A stretch of DNA of 64,000 bases from Catajapyx aquilonaris (Eukaryota). Positions 55,801-64,000 of the stretch are shown here, piece by piece (positions within the stretch are counted from its first letter, which is position 1; each line of letters begins with the position of its first letter). The translations under genes and the position numbers were made by a program. The notes under the pieces are model-generated. The model was not told where the DNA came from and made no database searches. It was given only the letters and a program-made list of their open reading frames with translations. The stretch lies in the NCBI GenBank assembly GCA_000934665.2, contig KZ538507.1, forward strand, positions 1 through 64,000, read 5' to 3'.

Positions 55801-58800
55801 CTCAACATAAGCTAACAGATCAATATACTATATAATCAATCATTCAAATCGTGTGCATACACACACGAGATCCCGGGTTCTATCACCGCTCGGGAGTTCC
55901 CTTTCGCCTGCGTCAGGAGGGTCTCTGACCAGCACTTTGGAGGCATCTGGCAACCTACCTCCAGGGAGACTGCACATGGCCCATTTTCCAACATTGCACT
56001 TGCACCTGTGTCTCCTCCCCAAAATCCCCATCCTTACCCCCTTTCCCTTCTTCCCTGCACCAGTGTCGAATAAAAATTAGAAAATTCATCACAAATGGTG
56101 GTGTTCCACCCCCCAAAAAGAGCTATGTTCTCTATCACAGGGTTTTTTGTTACTTTTTTATTCTCAGTGGGAGTCTTTTGGCACTACTCCTGTGTGTGTG
56201 TGTATGCACATGATTTTTCATCCTGTATATCAAATTCTGAGACTGTCGAGCCACCATCACATTCCCTTCGACATACCATGACTCTGCTGGAAAAGTTGCT
56301 TTCCCCCAAAAAGTGGAAAAGGGAGCCAAGAAATCACTCAGAGGATTATAGGTGATAAGGCAACAGCTGCAAGTGGAGAGCTGCATTGCCATATTGTATG
56401 CATTTTACCCTCTCTCTTCTTGGCATGCACGCCGTCTGTTTTTTAATTGCCCCGGATGAATGCTTTACCCTAGGATATTATCACTTTGAGGGAGAACAGT
56501 TTAAAAATGTGGGCACCGAATTGTTTTGCCCCCATTTTGATAGCCACACCCGATAGAAAGTTGTTGCTTCCGGATGATGCAGAGATGTTTCTCGCCGTAG
56601 TACAGTAGGTTTTCGTCGTAGAGGAATGGGACCAGGTCCATTAATAGCTACTGAACCCTTCTCAACATGATGCAAAAAGAATCGTGGCCATAATCCAAAA
56701 TGAACGCCCACAGTCAAATAGAAACTTGCATTTCGAATTCAAGAGCGCGTCGACTGCAGCGCTGTCAGGGAGAGAAGTCATGCACTACTTACCCCCAGCA
56801 GGGCTGTAAAAGCTCCGGTTTGTATCATCAACTTATATCCCTATTATCTCCACTATGGACCTCTTGATTTTATTCAAACCAACAGCCACCTGCACCCAAA
56901 AATTGTGAAAGTGAGATGACTAGAAGGACTTTTTCTGCGAATATCTAGTCTACTAATGGCAACATTTTTCATTTTCATCCCAGTTTCCTGCCTGTTTGGC
57001 ACCCTAAATGTTGATTATTATAAATAATTTGCAAAATGTAATACACTCATCTCAATTTCCTACTCATGCTGAATGGATTAAGATATAGTTGACAAGATTA
57101 CCATAAATAGTGTAAGAGAAAACAGGGATATAAGTTACATGGGATACGGCTATTCCCACTCCGGGGTGATACACAGCCTTAAGTACAAACTAACTTCCTC
57201 TTGTTATTTCTAAAGTCTTGTCATGACGATGGGATTAGCATACACAGGGAACGTCACACAAGACACACTAAGACATAATCCATGCTTCAAACTCGGCTTA
57301 TTTACAGGATAGAACAACTTTTGTTCCAGTTCCTTGACCCTGTCATCAAAATTGGGGGCAGTCTGTCTGTAGATAAAGATGGAGGTGTCTTCAAAGGGAG
57401 CCTGCTCCCCACCATCATCATTGTTGTTATCCCTCGAGGTGCTGGCCTGTAGCATCTGCATACTCTTAAGGAACTGCAGGGTAGCCAGCATACGCTGTTC
57501 CCTCCGCTTACGCTGCCTCTCAATGCGGTTCTGGCATATCTCCTCCCTGCGCTTCCACTGCTCTTCCTGGACCCACAATTTCACAATTTACTTAAAAAGA
57601 CTAAGTTATATTTCTAACTCCTCAGCCAATTTTGATTGTTTTTCATGCCAAGACTTGATATACTGTAGTTTCTTAGAATACCTGCCTAATACTACCCCGC
57701 TGAAAAGTGACATTATGGTTTCAATAACAAGGGACACCTCAAGTTCCATTTGCCATTTATATCCATCATTCGCTACCTGCCTAGATTTTCACTTACATGC
57801 ATGTTGTCTAGATTTATTCACCTGTTAAAAATAGGGTAATAAGTATACTCCAATTGTTTAAAGATCCTACCTTGTATAATTTTGTGTTATGTGAATGCAC
57901 AGGTGAGCAAGGGCCCATCTCGTGGGTGATTAATTACAATTTAAAAAAATCAGATTTAATAAAGCTAGATTTCAATTACCACTGAAATACACCTCCAGGT
58001 GTATGAATATTCGCGTGGTGATAATAGAAGCTGGAACTTGAAAACATCAAGGCAGAGAATACAAAACTCTTGAAACATCCACCGTAAACAGGCAGCTGCA
58101 TGATGAAGCTAGGTGACACACATGAAAATTTTATAGCTTTTTTGCAACAAGACTGGTGGAGATCAAGACAAACTCTTCCACTTGGCATCTTAATATGCAC
58201 TGATATCAGAGGTCAATTTTTGTGCCAAATGCAGTGTTTCATAAACTTGATTTATGCCATTCTCTCTACTACACTTTACTTTTCTCCCAAAGACAGTGTA
58301 TGAGATACTGACCAGGGCCTTCTCCTTGTCTCCACTTCTCCTTCTCCGAGCTCTCTTGAGTGTTCCTCCTCCTCCACTCCCACCAACTGCAGTGCTCTCC
58401 CCCCTCTCCCCGGAGTACCTCTTCTTCCCTCCACTGGATTTAGAAGCTCCGATCTTAGCAATAAGGCAGGCACGCAGGGCGCGTTGGTGAGCTGCAGAGG
58501 TCACCTGGTGCTGGGCAGACGTCTGGACTGATGGGACTAGTTCCTTCAGGCAGAGTTCAGGATCATCCTGCATTACATTCAAATAATAGTTCAAATGTAA
58601 GCTAGTCATTACATTACACAGATGGACAACTGTTTCCATACCTCCATCCAACCTTATACTCTTTAACCCAGATATGCCGAGTGTCCCCTATAGGGGACAC
58701 CTGCACAGTTGTTGCATTTTAATTTTTTTGCGCAGGTTCTTCTGCTGCTAAAGAGCTGGCAGTAGTGACGGGAGCTTCAGGAGAGTCCCAGCTAACGATA

Positions 58801-61800
58801 CAAGTTCAAACCTGCTCACTATTGCTTCAGATTTTTAAGATACAGGTGTTTGAATTTTAACTCAGGAAATAATGGCTGCACCTCCACGTTCCGAAGACGA
58901 TTAGTAATTAATTCTCGAATGTTGATTAGCATTATGAGTTATTTTTTGTTTGTAATACTTAGAAAACTTATGAATGATGATGTCGATGTGGAAATATAGG
59001 AATATTTTTTACTTTCCTTGTCTGAGAGTAGTGCTGAAATCTGGCGTCCCTTCGGGGGAACGCAATAAGAGGCAAATGCACCCACATTTGGACAAGTAAA
59101 GTATGTGTGTGAATTTTGTATGATTTGTTGAACTGTATTTTAATGAATCCATACAATTAAAACGAGATTACATGCCAATTGGTTAACATAGCAACCGTTG
59201 CAACAATCCTTGATTGTTGTTGATTGTTACTCAATTACAACCCATTCTTTGCGCGGCCTGTTTCCAATGGTAATGCAATCGACGACAATCAATCATCGAT
59301 GATATTATGAAACTATGGATATTGCTGAATGTCACTGTTGCCGTGGTAATGTAATCAACAACTGTTATAGCCATACTAGGTTACATTACCGAAGCAGTGG
59401 TGGCGGAGGGGATATGGTATCCGACTGCTAATCGGGAGGTCCTGGGTTTGAATCCCGGTGCCGGCAACTCTAACCGTGGTTTTCTGTGGTTTCCCACGGT
59501 TCCTCCAGGAGAATTCCGGAGTTGTTTCCTAAAATAATAGGCCACAGCCGCCTCCTTCCTTTCCTATCCTATCTCAAAAAGCGCAGTAAAATCGAAACGA
59601 AGAGTTCCTGTCAAAAAAAAAAATCCTCCCTAAGGAGCCGCCGGCTGATAACGGGGTATGAATTATTATTATTATTATTATTATTATTATGCCATCAAAG
59701 CATTTCCATAACAATTGACAGATGGGCCCTTATTGCAGTGTGGTCTTCAATCGCTCCATTTCACTAAACCCTCAATGACCTATCTTCTGTGGTGCAACCA
59801 AGCCTAAATACTAGTTGTACCACTCATGGTGTATCTCAAATGGTGCATTGAGCCTTATTATTGTTGTTTCAAATATAACTACCAACAACGAACAACAAGG
59901 GTGACCTTGTTTTGGATTTACTATCAATATTATTTTACAACTCATTGTAAAGCACTTTGAAGGACTGCATTGTTAGATGCAAGATATGATACAGGTGAAG
60001 AACAATACAGTATTATTCTGTGCCAAGGGTGGAAACCTTGGTGAAAACAGTAGAATAATCATGCTCCCTTAATTGCCTGATATACAAATCAGTAAGTCAT
60101 GAATGAGTTCAACGTTTCAGTTGCACTTTAACCTATACAACTATCTTCCCCCACAGCACCTTCAAAGCAAGTGTGAACACCTACAGTAACTTATAAAGTC
60201 TATTTGAACTCTTGCTGAAAATATTGCATGCAATAAATGCACCATGGAAATAAATGAATTCAGTCACACATTTGCCTTAGCAATTGCAGTCATTTCTCCA
60301 GGTCACTATCAACATACTAGGGTCTCTCACTGTAGAGTGTAGAGTAAATTAAATATCTGAATGCACTGTTCTTATTCTAGTTACAATTACACATACCACA
60401 TGGACAGCTTGGTTCCAAAGACCTTGCCACAACCTTGCTTTGGTGAGTTAAGGGTGGCAGCATGTGGAGATGGAGCAGGAGAGGGGTGAAAGAAATTGAG
60501 GGTTGTGACAATTGTTCTAGGAGCTGAGAAGGTGTCAGTTGCCAAATATTTAGTTCATAATAAATCTGTACATATATTATGTTTTGGAAATATCACGGGG
60601 GGAATACACGAGAAATCAACTAAATCACAAAGACCCGTTTTGAGATATTCGCAGGCAAAGCTTTGACCTCGTACTTGTTTACATGCTACTGATGATATAA
60701 AATCCTGGCTTCATGGTTCATGGTTCATTATGAATCCTTATGACCTTATGACCTTATGACCAAATGCACTTCAAGCAATAGAGCTGAAAAAATGCTCTTT
60801 GTTAGTGGTGTAAATGACTCAAAAACCCCTAAAATTGAACTACTGGATTTCTCGTGCATGCCCATAATACTACGAGGGCCATACTAAAATGATTTACAAT
60901 TTATTTTTTTACCACAAATACACTGCCCGTACAGGTCGGCAGATAGTCACATGTTATAGATAGAATCCTCTTGGAGCCGAATACACAGGAGTCATGGGTG
61001 TGAAACCTCTCCGTGCCCTCCAGGACCCATTTTTTGGAGGTTCGGCGCACCCCGTCCCAGACAACTGATTACAGTCAACAATGTCCTTGAAATTGCATCA
61101 GCGAAGGAGTTTTTTTCATGGATCTGAACAGGTGAAAGTCACTGGGGGCCAAGCCGGGTGAGTGCATCAGGTGTGGAAGCACCCAAACCCAGATCCATGG
61201 AAAAAACCCTTCACCTACGCCATTTCAAGGACACTGTTGACAGTTGTTTACATTGTTGATTGTGCACAGTTGTCTGGTATTGGGTGCGTCGCACCTCCAA
61301 AAAGTGGTTCCTGGAGGGCCTGGAGAGGTTGACACACCTGTGGTGGTAGTGAATTCAGCTCCAGGATTCTATTTATAATGTGTGACTATTTGCCGACCTG
61401 TACAGGCACTGTATTTGTGGCAAAAAAATTAATTGTAAACCATTTTAGGACAGCCCACGTATATTGTAACCCATATTAATGATCATATTGGGTACACCCT
61501 TCGGGTCAGGTTGCACCATTGATGGTAACTTGATGACTGAGCTGCATGAATGGTGCTACCTTGCCTGTCACTTTTTCTAAATAGAACCACTGAGTAGCTG
61601 CAAATAGCCTCCTTCAACATTGTTACGGTATCGCTAAAAATTCATAAGTGCCATCTGGCCCCTGAATTGCTGGTTACTGCATTTGAGCCTTAGACCAAAT
61701 CATATGTAACACCAGTAAATGAATACCGGTGACACCAAGTAGACAAAGTCCGGAGCAGCAGCTATGCCATTTTCAATGGATTTCAGGCAGACTCAAAGAA

Positions 61801-62608
61801 AGGGGTGTTGTTTAATTTTATAATATAATCAATAAATAAATAGCAAATCAGTCACTTAGTAAGTACCAAATCTGACTTATAGATATCACAGTAGAAACCA
61901 GTAGTGCATGATCATCAATCAAGTGACCAATATGCAACTCTTAAAAATTGGATTCCAATTAACATTGCTAAAAAAATATCACAAATTCTACACTCACCCC
62001 CCACCCCTCATGTGGCCACTTGAAAGATGAAAAAATGACAAAATTATACACACAGATTTTCACGGATCAATAGGAAAATACACATTCGCTTTTGCTTTTT
62101 ATATGATCAGCCCCAAACTTAAAAAATTAACACAGAACTTTGCAAACCATCCCTTGCTTGCATAGTTTCAAACAAATACTTACCAGTTTCGGATGTTTCA
62201 CATGTGGAATTTCTCCACGGAACACATCATATATTTGGGAAAGGTAGGACACCATCGTCAACTTGTCTACCACTTCACACTCTGCCATTTCTTTTCCTGT
62301 CATTACCTAAAACAAAATAATAACTGCAGAATTCAAGACAATAGAGTAAGGTGTAACACTTGGAAGTCAACTTACAGGTGGTATCCCCATCTCAGTCTCA
62401 AGGACGTCAAAAGCTAGCTGATTGTTGCCTGCTGCATCATCCCTATCCAGCTCATGGAAATTTATGAGGTCCGGTCGAAAATAATGAATGAGGGCACATA
62501 TAGCAAGACCACTGCGAAGGGATGCTGCCACATCGTCAAGAACCAGGTCATAGCCAGACACCTGCTTCTGCAGCCATGCCAGAAGAGTCTCTGGGTTGAC
62601 TAGAGAAT
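21111..62608 (-). CDS. Mical: MICAL (F-actin monooxygenase family), 3' part. Exons in transcript order: 62608-62376, 62306-62184, 58567-58313, 57566-57306, 55086-54942, 52736-52600, 52428-52210, 49542-49380, 45247-45054, 42877-42645, 42071-41851, 41194-41034, 36854-33755, 33225-33023, 30787-30572, 30136-29761, 29019-28860, 28778-28666, 28420-28244, 26088-25974, 21198-21111
   Basis: CH domain (LLAWLQKQV...[17 protein letters not shown]...[13 protein letters not shown]), [10 protein letters not shown] motif, LIM domain ([31 protein letters not shown]...FFCVQH), bMERB coiled coil ([16 protein letters not shown]...EWFSLMHQK...LELEDQ) and C-terminal ESEV*. GT-AG sites and phases were checked by hand at each junction. 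The monooxygenase domain is not in the window. Confidence 0.9.
21587..21758. mobile_element. Short MITE in the last MICAL intron
   Basis: TGGAAATAACTGCCTTG / CAAGGCAGTTATTTCCA inverted ends. Confidence 0.6.
22305..22641. mobile_element. MITE with GGCCGAATTCAGAGAG TIRs
   Basis: GGCCGAATTCAGAGAG / CTCTCTGAATTCGGCC. Confidence 0.65.
26315..26616 (-). mobile_element. tRNA-derived SINE, family A, near full length
   Basis: Minus strand begins GGGAAAGCGTGGTGGCCAAGTTGGT...GGTTTCGATCCCC (A/B boxes); body shared with the 7102 and 55853 copies. Confidence 0.8.
26640..27742. mobile_element. piggyBac-type MITE carrying a SINE insertion
   Basis: TTAA|CCCAGTTATGCCG...CGGCATATCTGGG|TTAA. Confidence 0.85.
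27185..27555 (-). mobile_element. tRNA-derived SINE, family B, with expanded (ATT)n tail
   Basis: 13-bp TSD AACAATCCTTGAT; homologous to 59390-59690. Confidence 0.85.
29380..29524. repeat. ~145-bp near-perfect hairpin
   Basis: CAGTTCAAAAAGAATTGTCCCAGTCATCCTGA...CCATGTAACTTACATGG...TCAGGATGACTGGGACAGTTCTTTTTGAACTG. Confidence 0.85.
31536..32312. mobile_element. Palindromic Tc1/mariner derivative made of two inverted 5' halves encoding the transposase N-terminus
   Basis: TA|CAGGGTG...CACCCTG|TA. ORFs 31729+ and 32127- both begin MA(D/N)[10 protein letters not shown]...FRARFGKA...W.KKAF. Confidence 0.85.
32793..32872. repeat. (AAT)n microsatellite
   Basis: Direct observation. Confidence 0.95.
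33755..36854 (-). CDS. Mical: MICAL giant internal exon (3100 nt), low-complexity acidic/Ser/Pro-rich region
   Basis: 1033-aa open frame bounded by an AG acceptor at 36856-36855 and a GT donor at 33754-33753. Phases match the flanking exons. Confidence 0.9.
37161..37913. mobile_element. Fold-back MITE containing an (AAT/AAC)n microsatellite (37668-37842)
   Basis: GGGGCAAATCTTATGGGAAAAGTTGCA / TGCAACTTTTCCCATATGATTTGCCCC with long internal inverted arms; possible 4-bp TSD ATAT/ATGT. Confidence 0.8.
39440..39620 (+). mobile_element. Degenerate tRNA-derived SINE related to family B
   Basis: GGTGGTCTAG head, then TTTCTGTGGTTTT...GAAATTCCAGAA...GGCCACGGCTGCTTC, similar to the 59390 copy. Confidence 0.55.
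42253..42459. mobile_element. Palindromic MITE with CACTG termini and TA TSD
   Basis: TA|CACTGTAAACTGC...GCAGTTTACAGTG|TA, hairpin throughout. Confidence 0.8.
45054..49542 (-). CDS. Mical: MICAL LIM domain exons (49542-49380 and 45247-45054)
   Basis: LIM Cys/His pattern C-x2-C...H-x2-C-x2-C-x2-C...C-x2-H, split by a phase-1 intron. Confidence 0.92.
45674..46180. mobile_element. Kolobok-like MITE (TTAA TSD, AG...CT termini)
   Basis: TTAA|AGGGACACTCCACTCAAAATGC...GCATTTTGAGTGGAGTGTCCCT|TTAA; ~60-bp near-perfect TIRs and a CpG-rich core. Confidence 0.85.
47109..47798 (+). mobile_element. Tigger1/MER2-like non-autonomous pogo element
   Basis: TA|CAGTGGGCCCT...AGGGCCCACTG|TA; internal GGATGCTGAAGTCCCTCATATAAAATGGCATAATATTTGCATATAACCTA resembles MER2 as I recall it. 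Confidence 0.75.
47289..47635. mobile_element. Putative solo LTR inserted in the Tigger-like element
   Basis: TG...CA termini; imperfect TSD TACAAT/TACAGT; host sequence resumes at TGTAAATG. Confidence 0.55.
49867..50133. mobile_element. hAT-type MITE
   Basis: CAGTGGTTCCCAACC/GGTTGGGAACCACTG; 8-bp TSD CATTAGGC/CATCAGGC. Confidence 0.85.
50445..50769. mobile_element. hAT-type MITE
   Basis: CAGCGGTTCCCAAA/TTTGGGAACCGCTG; perfect 8-bp TSD CAGTAGAG. Confidence 0.9.
53925..54386. mobile_element. MITE with GGCG termini, TA-flanked
   Basis: TA|GGCGTATTCGGCAATTCAG...CTGAATTGCCGAAGACGCC|TA. Confidence 0.75.
54489..54831. mobile_element. MITE with 21-bp+ perfect TIRs and G-rich core (contains an assembly gap)
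   Basis: GGGGCCGTCCATAATCCGCGCGGACA / TGTCCGCGCGGATTATGGACGGCCCC, flanked by AAA. Confidence 0.8.
55853..56125 (+). mobile_element. tRNA-derived SINE, family A
   Basis: Reverse-complement homolog of 26315-26616. Confidence 0.75.
58667..59275. mobile_element. Second copy of the piggyBac-type MITE (right end not found)
   Basis: TTAA|CCCAGATATGCCG, then ~600 bp highly similar to 26640-27184 plus 27569-27625. Confidence 0.85.
59390..59690 (+). mobile_element. tRNA-derived SINE, family B
   Basis: GTGGTGGCGGAGGGG...GGTTTGAATCCC head, (ATT)n tail; reverse complement of 27185-27555. Confidence 0.85.
60873..61459. mobile_element. mariner-type fold-back MITE
   Basis: TA|CGAGGGC...GCCCACG|TA with inverted arms ~270 bp long. 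Confidence 0.8.
62184..62608 (-). CDS. Mical: MICAL calponin-homology domain exons (62608-62376 and 62306-62184)
   Basis: [17 protein letters not shown]...[45 protein letters not shown], with canonical splice sites. Confidence 0.92.
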
Positions 62609-62728
62609 CTTCAGAAAAATAAGAGAGGAGAGGAAAACTGATGAATCGGACTGACAGTTTCATAATGGCATATTAATGTATGCCATTCGACACACCAAAG
62701 GATAAGAAATTTTCTAGTAGTAGAGTAT

Positions 62729-63407
62729 TTTCACACTTAAGCCGCTTGTTTTTAAGCATATACTTTGGAACAGCTACTTTTGAGGTGAAGAAAAATTTAC
62801 AGGGTGGCCACGAAGAAAGGGGCACATGTTTGATAAGCAATCAGTCACCTTCCTAGCCACCAGAGGATCAACTTATGTAGAGGAGTCATTATGTCTGGGC
62901 AGCCTCATTACTGAGATACACTCTTTAGCGATTTTTGCCTAATCGCTCCTTCTGACTTTCAAATAGAATTTTCTGGTGTAACTAGCCAAAGAGGCCTTAC
63001 CACCTGTGGGCAACAAACCAACAAAGTCCGGCCCCCAGACCTTCCAGAGCCTTCTGACTGGGGGAGGGTTCGATGGGTGGCCTAACCGACAGGATATTTT
63101 GTACTACATGTTTGCGGCCAATTATCTCAGTAATGCGGCGGCCAGACATAATGACTCCTATACTTAAATCGATCCTCTGGTGGCTAGGAAGGCAGTCATA
63201 TACGTCGGGGCACTGAGTTCAGATACACCCTGTATACATGTTTTCTTGTAGTTTTATTTGCCTTAATGGAATTTTCTTATTGACTGATTCCTCATCAAAC
63301 ATGTGCCCCTCTCTTCTCTCTCTCGTGGCCACCCTGTATATTTTTCTTCACCTCAAAAGTAGCTGTTCCAAAGTATATGCTTAAAAACAAGCAACACAAG
63401 TGTGAAA
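62729..63407. mobile_element. Tc1/mariner MITE (~62799-63337) lying inside a further ~70-bp inverted repeat
   Basis: TA|CAGGGTGGCCACGA...TCGTGGCCACCCTG|TA; the flanks 62729-62796 and 63340-63407 are also reverse complements. Confidence 0.8.
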
Positions 63408-64000
63408 AAATGTCTAACCATTCTTAGAATCCATTTGGAATACACATTGTGAGAAGTGCAACCTGGTCTGAGAAAAAAATAGAATCATAGTGAAAATTAT
63501 TATTATTAGAGCAACTTCTCTTTAACTATAGGTGGCTATGCAAAAGAAATTAATAAGACTCTTTGCTGTAACACTATTTTGAAAACTGTCTCAAAGACAA
63601 ACCCCAGTTGAACAATAAACCATTGTAACTGTTACAGAAAATGTAGCTACCGAAGCTACAGAATGTAACACTCATGGCAAACACTTACCTTTCCCTGTAG
63701 ATATGAAGGTGATAGCAGGAACACATTGAAAAGAAAAAATGAATGTTTCAATAATATTTACTGGCAGTGGGGGCTGCATGCAAGAAGTTGGGAGGTATTA
63801 GAAATAAGGATGTGTTGAAGTTGAACAGTCTTACAAAATTTCTGTATTTTTCAATCTCAAGGCATGGCAGGCAGGAAAAAAACATATATTATTTCTGCTC
63901 TAATGGTCATGTGACTAATAATTATCAGCGGCTCTTATCCCAAGATCTTGCTCTCACAAAATGAATCCTAGATCTCAAGGCAACTAAGTATGACAAGGGC

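Overview
Eukaryotic genomic DNA, probably arthropod (inferred from protein similarity recalled from memory and from the transposon types). It contains two convergent, intron-containing genes, both with their 5' ends outside the window. (1) On the + strand are the last four coding exons (1349-7622) of an FBXW7/Archipelago-type WD40 substrate receptor, with unusual substitutions in one propeller blade. (2) On the - strand are 20 phase-consistent coding exons (62608->21111) of a MICAL gene: CH domain, LIM domain, a 3.1-kb acidic/Pro-rich exon, the bMERB coiled coil and a C-terminal ESEV PDZ-type motif; the monooxygenase exons lie beyond the right edge. Introns and the intergenic region are dense with non-autonomous DNA transposons (Tc1/mariner fold-backs, hAT, piggyBac-like, Kolobok-like, Harbinger-like, Tigger/MER2-like), tRNA-derived SINEs, LINE remnants and (AAT)n microsatellites, often nested. 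The best leads are candidate 6-nt and 18-nt MICAL microexons, the divergent FBXW7 blade, inverted SINE pairs bracketing most MICAL exons, a MER2/Tigger1-like element, and a palindromic mariner derivative. I found no evidence for a wholly novel gene system.
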